DNA of 63,343 nt, counting the filler, from Reclinomonas americana ATCC 50394 (Eukaryota): the NCBI GenBank assembly GCA_048213135.1. It is 13 parts of 13 records of this genome, joined end to end, with 100 filler letters (N's around TTAATTAATTAA, not from the genome) between each part and the next. Parts side by side here need not be neighbours in the genome. Positions count along the whole stretch, not along the records: positions 13,472 to 32,886 come from AFZH01022389.1; 12 more parts are not named here. The stretch is one strand, 5' to 3'. Positions 13,472 to 28,400 of this stretch are shown here, in pieces. The translations under genes and the position numbers were made by a program. The notes beneath the pieces are model-generated. The model did no database searches. It had not been told where the DNA came from and saw only the letters and a list, made by a program, of their open reading frames with translations. Positions within the stretch are counted from its first letter, which is position 1. Every line of letters starts with the position of its first letter.

Positions 13472-16400
13472 AATGCCGGCCGGCACCGACCCACGGAGCC
13501 ACTGCACGTCACGCATCCACTCGCCCCACGTCGACGACTCGAGGAGGCTCATGTTTGCCTGCGCTGCATTGCCGCTCAGCTGGCCAATCGCGTGCAGAAT
13601 GCGCAACGCCTGCAGAGCAGCCTGGTCGGCCGAGCGACCGGACACGTCCACCACGCGAATCAACTTGGCCACCTGAACACTCGGCTTTCAACAACAGCAA
13701 TAACAACAAGAACACCAACCAAATACAGAAAGGTGCGAACCTCGATGGCACTGCAGTCGGTGGTGAATGACTGCACAATGTCGGCTGCCTCGCTGCTTGC
13801 TTCGCTGGTGCGCGCCCAGTCAACCTGTCGACTGGCAATGGACGCCAGACACTTGTCCAGCAGCGAAAGTACGCGCGCTTGACGAGACGACAGCGCGTGT
13901 GCGCGATGCGCATTGCTGCTGTCGGCGACTCCACTGGCCGGGAGAATTGTCGACACCTGATATCGATGCATGTCAGCCGTGCATTGTCAAGCACAGTCAA
14001 CGCAAATAACAAAAAAGCGACAAAAACCATGATGGCTGGGATGCCGTTGCCGGAGAAGAGAGCTGAAAATCCCCACGGGAAAGTGACCAGCTTGTCCACC
14101 AGGGCCGTAGCCAGTTCTGCCACGTCGTCTCCCATGGCAGCCGGATCAAAGCACAGGCGGAGAGAGGACACTGCATTTTGAGGAGCGGCAACATTCAGCG
14201 GAATGGCAATGAGGTGGTGTGCAGAAGAACTCAGGATGCAACTGGCGGATCGCACTGAGGCCGTCACGAAGGTCATGCTGCCGGGTCCCTCCCATGCTGA
14301 CACGGTGAGTGGCAACGTGCTCGTGGGGAGCAATTGCAGGCCTGCGCACGCCACTGCATGAGGACAATGCAAATGTCTAGTGGTGGCGCGCGCATGTAAA
14401 CCATTGGATGCGGCCACATCGGCCAGCGCACAGAGGACGCCGAGTGCCACCTGAGCGTAGGCGGCTTGCTGCGACCGCGGCACCGTGTCTATCGAACGCA
14501 GCAATAACAGTGGAAGCTGGTGCTCGACGACAATGGCAGCCACCATGTCCGGTGCTGCGACGGAGAGAGCACACATTTTTTTCAACACCAGCGGCGGCAG
14601 AGGAACGGAGTACGTTGTCGCACACACGCAACAAGCTTCTCGAACGAGTCGAGAGACGAGGCGCAGGAATTGCATGCACACGTCGGAGCGCGGATACGAA
14701 CAGCCGTGGACGACGCCCGACAGCAGTGCTTCCAGCAGCTGGGTACGGTGGTTAGCATGCACAGGAAAAAACAGAAGACAAAGACACCGATGCTTGCTTG
14801 ATTTTTCACACCTCGGCACGACTCTCGCGAGCAGCATCGACGATTGCTCCCACCACCATGGCACAGCGTGAGGCCAGTACATCCCTGCGCCATGCAAAAA
14901 GCAGTGAGTCTCAGCACCAACCACATCACTGCAACACGGTAAGAACCATTCGTGGGGCGCGCGTTGTGGCGACTGCGGGTCAAACACATATTGCACGCAG
15001 GTAACCACCAACTTGGAGAGCGATTGCGCCACTTCGGTCTTGAGCAGCGCCACGCAGGCGCCTTGCAGCGATGCAGTGGAGAGCAGCTGCATTGCAAGAG
15101 GCACACACCTCATCAGCGAATCGGTCAACAGAACGACGCCCCTTCACACACACCTGCTGCAGCACAGTCGCCGCCGATAACCAGGAGTCGTACGTCGGTT
15201 CGGCAAGCAGCCGGCCAGTCATGTCCAGCAACGGCGCCAACACGTCGGCAACTCCCTCTGAGAGCGGCATCTGCATCACAATCGCGGTGAGTGTGCGAGA
15301 GCGCATTGGAGGAGCGCGAGCCCCGCCCCGACACACCGCTTGGATCTTTATGGTGGCCAACTTGCCGACGGTGGCCACGTCGACTTCGGAGCTCATGGAC
15401 GAGTCGCGCAGTGCGCTGAATAGCTCGGCGTAGGTGATGCTCTCGGCCCACAGCAAACTGTGACACAAGCACACTTAATCGAAAAAATGGGGATCAATGA
15501 GCAAGGCAGCATCATCACGCACCCATCGGCACCGCTCTCGCGCAATCGCTCGAATGTGACCAGAGCACAGCACCACGTCTGCTTCACACACGAGGCGTCC
15601 GAGTGCTGCCGTTTCCACACAGTGCCGAGTCATGCCAACCAGTCCATGATTGGATCAGCACACAACACCATTCCCACGCAACTTGCTGCGCGACAAAGTG
15701 GTCCAGCAACTGACGGAGGCCAGCGGCAAACACACGCGGGGCCTCCGCCGCCGTCAGACGCAGTACAGAAGGCCTACGTAGCACTTCTTCTACGAGACGC
15801 ATCACCTCCTGCACCCGCCAGCAAGTGAGCAACAAGGCCACGGCGAGCTGATCGACGTCGCAAGGTACACTCACCAGCGCGCCTCGTGGAGCCGCCGCTG
15901 TCGACTGCACGAACAACTGATCAATATGCACTGGCAGAGACCACCACGGTAGGTGCGTGAGCCACTGCGCGGCAGATCGCCGCTTGCTCAAGCTGCTCAC
16001 ACTCGCGGCAGCGACTGCAGACAGCGCGCAGACGTAGTCTCGCAGCAACGCAGCAGCGTCGGCCACCACGGCATCCCACGAGATCTCCACGGCCATCGAC
16101 CCCGTGGAATCCACCTGCAACAAGTGATCCACATCCTCGAGCAACTCCCACAGCTGTGTTGATACAAGAATCTTGGTAAGAAGCTGCGCAACGTGCAGCA
16201 GCAAAGACACTCGAATTCTAGTATTCACCGCGCAAAACACATTGGCTTGCCCGGCTTCCGCCGCTCGGGACTCCAGAGTGGCGAGCTTGCCACGCAACTC
16301 TTCGCTTCGCAACTGACGCGCAAGGCAGTCGGCGATTCTGCGGAACAGCAGGCTGGTCGAAACCAGATCTTGTTCGTCGTCATCGGAGTGAGATTGCGTG

Positions 16401-19400
16401 GCACACACGAGGCAGGCAGGCAAGCAAGCAAGCAGTGCGTACCACCCGACATTTCGCGCGAGGTAGCCTGCAGCAGTGCACACCAACGCACTTGGCTGGC
16501 GGTCTGCTGGATGGCCGGCAAGTAGCCGGCGACCAGCTTCTCCGAGCACCTGATGCATGGTCAAACAACGAATCAGCGTGTGCCAATGATGCTCGACGTG
16601 CAACCCCCACGCAACAAGGCCACCAGCTCGAGCAGATTCGACATGGCGCGCGTATGTGAAGCATACTGCCACACAGCGTTGGTGGACGGCGCGCTGTCGC
16701 TGTCGCTGTTGCTGGCAGACGCAGCCGCGGCACTGCCACCGCTGCCGGTGATGACGGACGCTGTCTGCACGTACTCGTGGCACAGGCGGGAGCACACATT
16801 CAACAAATCGTCGGCCAGCAACTCGTGCCCATTCGCAATGTCAACGGCCAGTGTCCGCGCATGAGAGTACACCGACGATGGTCGACTGTCCTCCATCACC
16901 GTGCGCATGAAATGTGTCTGCACCACGCGTGCGTGAGAGAGGGAGGGAGGGAATGAAAAAGCTCTTTCAGTGTCCGCACCTCATGTAGACAGGTAACAAT
17001 GAGGCCGGCAAACACCGGAGGTGGCATATTGTCGAGCGCGGACATGGAGGGTGTGCGAGGCGTCGGCGGCACGTCAAGCGAGCAGCCAAGTGCATCCGCG
17101 CCGGTATTCACAAGCACAGGCTGCGGTCGATGCGTGTTGTGCGACGAAGACGACGATGATGATGACGCCGGCTCTGCGGCCACCGAGACAGCTGGTGGTG
17201 CTGCTGCAGTGGTCGGCGATTGCGCCATAACCTCAATGGCCTGCCCCAGTAGGGAGGCAACGGTGGCCGCGGCGGTGCCCGAGATGGGTGTGTCGGGATT
17301 GGCAGACTCAGCCACGGTGGCGTCCAGGGCGCGCTCCAGCAGGGTTTGCACCGTGTTCTTGGTGGTCGCCGTCACTGGTGTCGTTGGCGAAAGGAGTGGC
17401 TGCTCGGTGGCGGTGTTTGTCCAGGAACGCGCTGACTGAGCGGATGCTTGCTGTCGCTCGGCACGCAGCGACGCAGGCACCGGAAGCGATGCATCACGCA
17501 GCGGCACGGTGGCCACAAGGGCAGAAATTACGCTGGCAGCCGCGGTGCTGACCGCGACATTGCCGCGAACCACCTGCTTGGCGAGATAGACCACCATTCG
17601 CTCTGAGAGAGAGAGAGGAGGGCGAGTAAGCGCAAGAAGGAGAGAGTCGTGACCACCAAACACAAAATACCTGCTGCCAGGAACAGGCTGTCGCCCGCTG
17701 CCGAGGCGAGCAGAGCACCGCAGCACGGCGTGCTGCCCTTGCACAACTCGGCCAGTACCGACAGGCACAGGCATTCCTGACGCACAGAGAGTGTTTTCGC
17801 GGCCGTGTCAGGTTTGGTCGGCGACAGTAGTCGCCCACTGTCGTCGCCGGCCAGTACGTGCTGGACCAGAGTGCCCACCATCTGCTCGGTGGCGAAGCGA
17901 GCCTTGAAGTAGTCGTGTGAGCGGAGAAGCGATGCCAGAAACTCCATGACTGCATCCAGCGCCTCTTCGTGGTCGCGGCGGTCGGCAGCAGTCGGCGGCG
18001 GCGGCGCACTCAACACTGTCTGCACGCACGCCGACACGGCCGACACCACGTGTTCCGCACTGGGCAGCAGGTACTCGACACGCATGCCAGAGACCAGCGA
18101 CGCCAGCAGACGGAAACAGTGATGCAACGCGGCGGCCGCTGGCGCCGAGTCTGTGGGGAAAGGTGTGAACGAAGCGGGCAGGGGAGGAATCGCAAGGACA
18201 GAGAACAACGCAACTGCGCTCCGCGGAGCACGCCACGCACCAGCGCAGGAGCGACAACAAGCTCTCTGCGCTTGTCGACCGCACAATGTCCTCCGTCACA
18301 TCAACCAGCACGGCGGCACGGGTCAAGATGCGCAGCGTCAGGTACGTTGCCGGACTCTGCACACAATTCATGAGACGAGCAGCGGCAACGACTCGTACCC
18401 ATCCGTACACAGAAACACACAAACCGAGCGAAGCGCCGGTGAGCCGAATCGCGCCAGCAGCAGCTGCCAGAGGCGGTGGAGCGTTGCGCCCGAGTGCTGC
18501 GCCAGCTGCTCCGGTCGCACGTCATGAAGCACATCCAAGAGGGATTCGAGGAACGTCTCTGTCGTCGAATGTGAATATGCACCCACCAAACATACAACAA
18601 CAAACCAAAAAAACACACACACGTGCCTTGAAGCAGCGCATCGGCGCCGTCGGCACCGGCGACAATTATCGACACCTCGTCATGGAGGATGGCGTCGAGC
18701 GTGGACTCGACGATTTGGAAAAAGTCGGGCACTTCGGCCAGCAAGTGTTGCGTGCGAGTGTCCAGGTCGAGTCCAGAGCGCGTGCGCAGTCGCTGTGCAC
18801 ACGCAGACACATTCAATGAGCATCAACAGGCAAAGCTGCGCGACGGGGGCAAACTCACCACTGATGCAGAGTTGATGGAGGCGGCAAACGGTTGCAAGCC
18901 ACTCAGAAGCGCATGCAGCAGGCGCAAGGTGGCCTCGCTGCTGCGAACTACCGCCGCGAAGTCGGCAGGCGGAAGCTGCAAATCGCGCTCCACCACGACA
19001 CGAGCTGCGACCGCTGTGAGTGCACTCAGCAGAGGGGCACCCAGTTCGACCAGGAACCGCCGGTTTGCCTCGTCCGCCACACAGCTCTTCTCCAGCTGGC
19101 GGAGAAGCGGGACCTGTGCACGCCGAGCTGACGACAGTACGTACAGCAGTGCTTCTCGTGCTCGCAGCTGCATCTCTGTGCTCTCGACACCGTCGCCGAG
19201 TGCGTCCAACAGCCACAGACTGAGCCTCCCGTTGCGTGCCGATCCGCCAACCAGAGCGCTCTCGCCGCCAGCGGCACCAGTGCTCGAGGCAGGAGTCTCG
19301 TCTGCCAGCACATGCTCCGCACACTCGGCCACAAGCACGGCGTGCTCACCCTGTGATGCGGTGAGAGTTCTGTCACTGTGTGTGCAACCGCGATCACCCA

Positions 19401-22400
19401 GATTACGCACCTCCTGCAAGAGCTCCGCAGGCGCCGTCAGCAGGTGCGCAAGCAGATCGGGCGTGAGGCACACCAGCAGTTGTTGTGTGTTGGCAGTGGC
19501 CGTTTGCTGCAGCTCGTGCATCACATCAAGTGTCGGCAGCGAGGCAGTGGAGCCGTGTGCGGCCGTACGAGTGCACAGAGTGAAGATGCAGCCGACGGCG
19601 CACGTGGCGAGTGCCTGCTGCAGGGCCGCACACTGCGCCGCCTGCAACACATCGGGTGCGGCGGTACCAGTCGCCGGTTGTGGACTGAGAACATCGACGT
19701 GCGGCGACAGATCGCGCAAGAGGCGCACACACGTTTGCAGCACGTGTCCATCGACGCAGACGTGACTTTGGCGCACAACAACACACAGCAAGTGAGCAAA
19801 GAAAGCGGCAAGAAGGCAGGCCCTGACGAGAGCAGTGTCCGCACCGCAAATCGGCTGCATGTGGGCGCACTTTGAGGACCTCGCGAATCGATGTGAGGCA
19901 GCTGGCAATCGAGGCTAGACGACCGCTGTTACTGACGCGCGCGTGGTCGGTGAGCACTTGCAGGAGGCGGGTGAGTGCCAGCATGAAGCGGTCGCTCGGC
20001 TCAGCCTTGGAGACGACAAGCAAGTACTGCAAGGCGGCCGAGAGGATTCCGTACGGATTGGCGCCGGCGGCGTCCTCGGATCGTGCCAGAGCGGCGGCCG
20101 ACACCTCCGTCTGTGCGGCGAGTTGCAGAGCGCAGTCGACCAGGGCACCGGCAACACAAAACGTGTTGCCGATGAACAGACGCATGCCCGGAGTCAACGA
20201 GACAGCGACCTCACGTAGGCTGCGCGGAATCGTGTTGGTGGCGCCGAGACGGCGTGGACGCGAAGCGCCCATCATGAACATGTCCGGCAGCGACGGCAAT
20301 CGCATGGTCGACGCATCCACCGGACCGCTCACCGGCATCGACTTGCACACGAAGAAGTGCTTGGGGAGGCCGACAAAGGCGAACACTGGAGGGCACAACA
20401 GAGGGACATGAGAGTGAGGGAGACGGCGAGTCAGTCCAGTCCAACGTACCGGTGGCGAGGATGCGATGCAGCAGCGTCAGTGTCTGTGTGCTGACAGTGG
20501 CAGCGCTGCTCTCCAACTGCGTGCACAGGGCGCGCAAGAAGAGCAGCATCTTGTCGTCCAGCTCGCACTTGTTCATCAGGTACGCCACATGGTCGCCAGT
20601 GAGCACCTCATTGAAGGAGGCATCCAGCGACTGCAGCGCGCTCAAGCACTGCCAGTTCCACACCAGCGACTCGACAAAGTTCCACAGCGAGAGCAACAAC
20701 GGCAATTGTGACGCATCGTGCATACTGGGCCACACCGACAGGAGTCAGAGTTGTAAATAATGGGACACGACTCTCTGCACAGAGGAGTTCCACCAACCAC
20801 GACAGCAGGCGACCGTCGACCAACATGGCATCGAGGAGCTTGCACGTATGCGAGACAGCTGACTCGGTTCGCGACATGCGATCGAGCGGGGAGACAGAGG
20901 AGGAGGCGACAAAGGAGACAACGAGCCGCGGCACTCCATCGTCGTCGTCGTCGTCATCACCCGCGGCGCCGCGCTTCAGAGGACCAGAGAGCGATCGCGC
21001 ATTGTCGTCGGCGGCCGACAGCTGCACAGTGCACTTGAAGGCGTCTGCGACGAGAAAAGTGAGTGAAGGGCGGAGGAAACAACAGGCGACAGGAGCCGTG
21101 CCTATCGGTTGCCGGCCACGCAATGTCGACTCTACGTCCTCGGCCGTGCACACAAGCGGCAACTGCACCACTGCCCCGGACGACTGCGGAGGCTTCGGAA
21201 CACACGCTTCCGTGGCCAGAAACGTGCTCAGAATGTCGAATGCGAGGCACTGGCGCACGGGGAATGAAGGAAAGGAGAGTATAGAGATGAGACGAATGCG
21301 TTAAAAGTGGTATGCGATGAGAGGAAAGAGACCTTGGTCTCGATGGCCGACGCATCCAGATCCTGCATATCGTTGTGCCACGTCATGGACAGCAGTCGCT
21401 GCGCACAGTCGAACAGTGGTTCTCGTTGCGCGTCGTCCTCGACATTGGCGGCAGCAGACACCGTGCCGGCAGTAAGACGTCGCAACTACAAAAGGCGGGA
21501 ATGAGGCAGGTGGAGGGGCAGAAGGACAGTCGAAGAGCGCACCGTGCGAGCCACCAGGAGCAACACGTTTGAGCGGCACAGCGAGTCCGGGTATCGCGGG
21601 CGAGTAAAGTCCAAGGCGCTGCGAGATCACGGGGGGAGAATGAAAGACTAGGCAAAGTACACATGCGTTTCGTGGGCATGCTCACCGCAGGAAAGGGCGG
21701 AATTTCGGATGCTGCTGGCAGAGGAGATGGCTGGCGGCTGCCGGTGTAAAAGTGGCATCGACAAACTGCACGCCCTCAAAGAGGCGCAATGCTTGTGGCG
21801 CCGTCAGCTGTTATCGGGAGAGAGAGAATGAGAAAGTGGCTATTTTGTGAGCAACAAGCAAAGGAATCGCGACCTGCTCCACGAGCGTGTGACAGGCCTC
21901 CGAGTCGCTGACCAAGCTGCTGCAGAGGAACATAAAAGCGAGCCGCGATTGCAGCACGCTGATGCGATGGAGAATCCGGTAAGCGCGTGACCAATGAAGA
22001 CAGTCAACGGAAACCAGATACACACGCACCGACGACCCATGAGGCTGACGAGACAACACGAAATGATGCTGTCGGAACCCGAGGCAGCCGCACAGAGGAG
22101 ACCAGTGAGTTCCGGCAACGCGCTGGTGAGTCGCAGGAGGAGAAGCCAGATGAGGTCGGCGATCTCGTGCTCTGGCATTACAGGCGTGTAAGCAGATGAA
22201 AGAAGGGAGCGATGGCGACACCGACTGTACCTCGGGAGTCCGCTGCGCACGCTCGGACCAGACGATTGAGGAACAAACGGAGCCTGCGGATGTCACAGAG
22301 CACACTCTGCATACCGAGAGAGAGAGCGGTGTGTGAGCTGGCGAAACGGTCAACATAGCAAGCATAACCATCACCAACCATCACTTGTGGATGCTCTTCG

Positions 22401-25400
22401 GGATCCACTCGGAGGAGGATCTGCGTGGCACGGGTGACTCTCGAGGCACTGAACAAATAGCAGGGGTGAAATGAGAAACGCACCAGCAACGACAGTGCCC
22501 ACAGAGTGGAATCAGAGTGCGTCGCCAGCAGAGCGAGGATCACGTCGACGAGTTCCTTGCTGAGAAGTCGCGGATCGGCACGAGGGCACTGCGAGTGGGA
22601 GACAATTGTGAGTGAGAGCATAAGTTGATGGCTTAAGCGTACGCGCGACCACATGCGACTCACCGATTGCGCAGAGGCAGGAGCCGGCGGGCCACACACC
22701 ATCACAGTGAAGAGGAACATGCACTTGCACAGAATACCCGACTCATGTCTGCGACGGCAACACAATTGTCAGGTGCAACGGGCTGTGCGGATCGGCAGGC
22801 GTGCACAACGAAACGGTGTCAGCGACGACATCGGCCGCTGCAAGAATGGTTGCATCAGTGCCAGCAGGACGGCGACGGCATTGCCAGTCGAGGTCAGCTG
22901 TTCGATGTGGTGCTGCACTTGCTCCGCGGCGAAACTCTCCGACACGAGTGGGTCGTGCGACTGCAGAGGTAGAAGGAGAGGGATGAGTGGAAAGGGAGGG
23001 AGGAAGAAGAAAAGAGGGAGAGGAAAGAGAGGGAGGGGGGAGAGGAGGAGGAATGAGAAGGAGAAAGAAAGCGAGGACAAGAGCGGTAAATAGAGGGAAA
23101 GAGAGGGGGAAGAGAAGAGGGAAAGAGAGAGGGAAGGGAGGGCAAGACAGCGGGAAAGAGAGAGGGAAAGAGAGTGGAAGAGAGGGGAAGTGGGGAAAAG
23201 AGGGGAAAGAGAGGGAAAGAGAGGGAAAGAGGGGAAAGAGGGGGAAAGAGGGGGAAAGAGGGGGAAAGAGGGGGAAAGAGAGAGAGGGAGAAAGAGAAGA
23301 AGAGGGGGAGAAGAAGAGGGGGAGAAGAAAATGAGAGAAGAGAAACATAGGGAGAGAGAGAGAGAGAAGAAAACGGGAACGAGGGAATGAGACGAAAGGA
23401 GAGGAAGGGCGGCAAAAACAGACAGGCAAAAGGGTGACCTGGCAAGACACAGGGCAATGCAATGGAGAAAGAGCACAGACGATGTCTCGGATCGGAATGT
23501 GAAGAACAAGAAGCACAATAGCCTCCTGATACGCACCTTTTCAAACGCACTCCATCGGTACACCAACAAATCGTCTCGCTCGTTTCCGCCGCACACCAGG
23601 GCACACAGCACCTGCAGCGCCTGGTGCTGCAGCGGCAGCGGCCAGGAGAACTCTTGCACGAGAGTGGAGGTGGCTACGCAAGCAGAGCACGTTGGTTACA
23701 ACATCGAAATAACGCGTCGCGCTTGTATGCTCACCTCGCGAGGCGACAAACGAGAGCGACTGCAGTACGCGCGAGGCACCGCCCTGCTCGCGGAATTGAA
23801 TCGAGATGCAACGCACGAGTGGTTCCTGTGCAGCAGACGAATAAGACGTGCGTGAACACTGAGCACGCGTCACACCCGTACGCAACAGTTTGGAATTCGG
23901 TGAGCAGCGGATACAAGGCCGCCAAACAACGCTCGACAACGAGTGCGTTCTGCATGGACAGGGCGCGCGACACGATGCCCATGTTGTCGTTGAGGAACAG
24001 CTGTTGCGCGGTGTCGAGGAAGTTGCCCGCGCCACTGCAGTGCACAGTATCAGACGCCGATGGAATAATGACGTGAGGCACACGAAAACACACCCAATGA
24101 TTTTCAGCGCATCCACTTGCTCCTCCACACGGGGAGACATGCAGTGACAGCAGGCAGTGTGCAGCTCCATCATGCTGTTATCCTTGAACCACCTGCACGG
24201 ACGGGAAAGAACAGTCGGACGCTGACTCTGGATTCCACGACGAAGAAAAAAAAAGATCCGCAACGAGCTCAGTACGCGCTCGGCGGCATTCACGAGCACA
24301 CCGTCCAGATCGCCCAGTTGCGCGCACATGTCGATGATTCGGAAACGGTACTCGATAGAAACGTGCAGCAGATCACTGCGGCGAAACGCGTCAACTCGCA
24401 GTGTCGAATGCCGACGATGAGAACAACCAAACGACGCAACTTGCGCTCCAGCAACAAGTTGACGCAAGGGTTGCCGTTGAATCGAAGCACTCGAATGTGC
24501 TCTCGCACATTGCTGTGCGGGGAGACACAGGAGTCACATCTCCACACTCACTCACTCACTCACTCACTCGGCAATCATCCATCACACGCTCACCGTGCCA
24601 ACTTGAAAAGATCGTCGAGGCTGCGCACAGCGGTGCGCACCATCTCCAAGTGCCGCAGCGAGGGGCACACGGCGACGCCTTGTCCAATGTCGTCCAGCTC
24701 CACCGTGTGGATCTTGTTGTTGTTCAGATACAAGTGGCTGAGCGAGCGGAAGCCAGAAAACCAGCGCCACCTGCAATCGGCCGGATACGATTAAGAACAA
24801 CGACCAAGGAGGATTGGGAGGAGAAAGAGTGCACGCAACGGCAGGACGTTGATCTTGTTATTACTCAAGTCCAGCACACGCACGTTGGCGAATACCTCGA
24901 GGCCGGATTTCGGCAGCACCTCGATTTTGTGATTGCGAAGGTGGACTTCCCTGAGAGGAGGAAAGGAAGGGGGTGGTGGGTGAAGGGAAAGGGGGAAGGG
25001 AAAGGGGGATGACGGAAGGGGAGAAGACGGAAGGGGAGAAGACGGAAGGGGGAAGACGGAAGGGCGGAGACCGAAGGGGAAGACCGAAGGGGGAAGACCG
25101 AAGGGGGAAGACGGAAGGGAGAAGACGGAAGGGGGAAGACGGAAGGGGGAAGACGGAAGGGGGAAGACGGAAGGGGGATGACCGAAGGGGGAAGACGAAA
25201 GGGGGGAGACGTAAGGGGGAAGACGGAATGGGGGAAGAATTAAGAAATGCAGCGTACAGATTCCTTTCGCCAACCTGATGCTCTCGGCGACCTCTGGCAA
25301 CGAGCGCAGATACTCGTCCGTGATGCGACTCATCCTATTATTCACCCGCTCCTCCTTTGCCAACCGCTCGGCGTCGCGCAAAACGTCGGTCATGCGAGTA

Positions 25401-28400
25401 AATACAGGATGCTCTCGACGCGCATTCGGCAGCCTCGCTTCCAGGTACTCCACGTCGGCCGCATGGATCCACTCGCGGTATGACGCAAGCAGCTCGGTGA
25501 CCGTGCCGTACTGCAAGCGTGGCGAGTGAGTGTGACCCACACGTATGCAGAGAGAGGAAAGAAAGCGCTTTCTCACGTGGGCAGCGGCGTCGTGCTTGCT
25601 TCCGTAAAGCAGGGCGTCGCTCCAGGCGTACAGCAGGAACTGAAGGCCAATGTGCGCCTCGCTAACCTATGCCACACAAACATGAAAAAGAGAGATGAGA
25701 CGCGGGAAGCAGTGGTGGTGTAGACCTCGGAGGCAGGCTCCCGACGAGCATCGCCACCGGCGTCAGCGACGGAGTCGACATCACTCTGCCGGGATAGGAG
25801 GAATCAGAGCAGTGTGACACTTCAAGGCACGCACGAAAAATCACACCTCTGACACGAGGGACCGCCCACTGCTCTCGTGTCCACCACGCCTGGGCGAAGC
25901 TGCGCGTAACACACGACGTTGTGAGTGAGCGAGTGAGCGCAGAGTGCATGAAGCGATCGTCAAAGTGGGACGCAACAGGAGGCATCAGAACGAGCTGCGG
26001 ACCCGTGCCGATGGAATGCACCTGGCCGCGAAATAAGTTAGTGAGCAAAGCAACAACGATGTGAAGCAAGATGATTCACAAACCCAGTGCATTGGCACTC
26101 CAACCTGCACCAGGAGCGCACATAAGAACGACACGCAACAATCCAGCATGAATGACGAGGGACACTTACCAGCTGGCCCGTCCTCCGCATCGGAGGGAGT
26201 GAGCACCTGCAGCGTACCGCTGTATCCGAGTCGTCTGGCAAAGGCGACGAGATGGCGCGCCAGTGCCGCAAACGCCACCGCTCGGCGCTCAATCAATGCG
26301 CTTGGTGTCTTTTCCGGATGTGATCGAGCCAGCGTGATCAAGTCGAGACTGCGGCGGCGACGCAGTGAGTATGAGAGGCAGTGGAAGACGACAATCAACG
26401 GGGAGAGAACCTGGCATTCCAGTACTGCTGCGCGTCCAGCAGCAAGTTGGCGCGCTTCAGCAGCAACGCTTCACTGGGCGCTTGCTGCGCGGTGTGTCAG
26501 GCACACGAGGAGAACGTCGGCCCTCTTCCCCCTCCCCCACGCAACATCCATCTCGCTGGTCAACTGTGAGACCTGGTGCCGCGGATCCCCATCAAACGCA
26601 CTGCACTGTGCGCAGGCGCTCCGAATTGATTGGAGGATGCGGCTGCGCACGTCACTCGACGATGCTTGCAGTGTGATGGTGTCGGTTTTGCGACTGGGGG
26701 AGATATAGGAGAAGGGTGAGGAGGAGAGGAAATGAGAAGAGGAGAGGAAGAAAAGAAGGAGGAGAAGGAGGAGAGGTAAAAATGGGAGCACGAGAGGAAG
26801 ATGGAAGGGGCTAATCGAGAGCAAGAATAAGAACAAGAGGGAGAAGGAGAAGAAGAGGAGGAGGACGAGAAGGGGGAGCAGGAGATGGGTTAGAGAGCAA
26901 GAGATAACAGAAAGGGGGAGAAGAAGGAGGAGAGGGAAGGAGCAGGTGGAGGAGGAAGGAGGAGGAACAAGGAGATGCCCAAGGAAGAGGAGGAGAAGGA
27001 GGAAAGGGGAGAACGGAGACCGGGAGGGGATCGGAGCCAGAGGAAGGAGAAGGGCGAGGAGGAGAGGTAAAAATGGGAGCACGAGAGGAAGATGGATGAG
27101 GCTAATGGAGAGAAAGCACCAGAACAAAAAGAGAGAAAGCACAGAAGAAGAAGAGGAGGAGGACGAGAACGGGGAGCAGGAGATGGGAAAGAGAGCAAAA
27201 GATGACAGAAAGGGGGAGAAGTGAAAGATCAGGAGGAAGGATCAGGTGGAGGAGGAAGGAGGAAAAAAGGAGATGCCCAAGGAGGAGGAGGAGAAGGTGG
27301 TGAAGAGAGCAGAAGAAATAGGTGATTGTGGTGATGGTGAATGTGGAGGAAAGAACAGCAAGGTGAGAACGAAAAGGCGGATGCTCGACGGAGAAGGGGA
27401 GAGGGAAGCGCACAACGTGCTGGGGAGGGCGACAGCCAACATTTATGCACACACGAGAGAGAGAGAGAGTATCGAAACAAACTTGACAAAGACGAGAGAA
27501 AAACGCAACGCAATCAACGTGGTGAGCGAGAACCGCAGCGGATCCTCCGCCGACTCCTGTATATCACTGACATGCTCATACAGGTAGGTCTTTCGATGCG
27601 ACTGCCCATCCACATCCACCGTATGAAAGCACGTCGGCTGCAAATGCAACCACTTGTCGTCGACGGTGCGATTGGTGCGGATCTTGACCACGCGAAACAT
27701 GGTCGGCTGTCGCAACGTTCTCGTCATGGTCTGCATCACATAATGCCGCGACCGTTTCACCATGGTCATTGTGCGCAGCAACTCCGAGGCCTCCATTCGA
27801 TGCGCCATGGACGGCAATCGCTGATCGTTCAGTGGCGACAACAGCTCCAGTGAGGCCACCTCGCGCTCCAGCATCTGCACCGCGCACAGCAGGTAATCCG
27901 GCACCGCAAACGATATGCTGCACATGTCGCCAATAAGCTATCACTATGATAATATGAGTGGTATGAGGAAACACGGCCTTGCCTGGTGTCGTCCTCCACT
28001 GCCACACTGCTCGGTGCTCCCGGGCGCAATGAGACCAACTGTGCAGAGGAGGAGGAGGCAGGCGGAGATAGCAGAGACTCGACATCGCGACGGAGTTGAG
28101 GCAGCCACTCGCGAATGGACGCGGAACTGTCGATCAGAGTCGAGAGGAAGAGGAGAGTGCCGCGACTGAGTCGGATCTGACAAGAGCAAGACAATGAAAG
28201 ATGGTGAGAAATCGAACACTGAGAGGGGGGACAGAGAGAGAGAGAGAGAGAGTGTGTGTGTTGTGTGAATGAGAGAGAGAGACAAGAGTGAAGGGTGAGA
28301 AAGGAGAGAGAGAAGAGAGTGTGCACTGTTTCCCGCCAATCGTTGTCATGTGAGTCTCTGTGTGTGTGAGAGAGTGAGAGAGTGTGTGTGTAAGTGTGTG

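Noticed and set aside
18689..19765. Long ORFs antisense to real exons (also 45380-46099 and 50128-51525)
   Set aside because: Shadow ORFs expected from GC-rich coding sequence on the opposite strand.
22743..23659. Long F/S/L/P-rich or E/G/K/R-rich ORFs (also 26471-27452, 31117-31755, 48289-48960, 54678-55256, 56375-57265)
   Set aside because: Stop-free by-products of polypurine/polypyrimidine intronic tracts.
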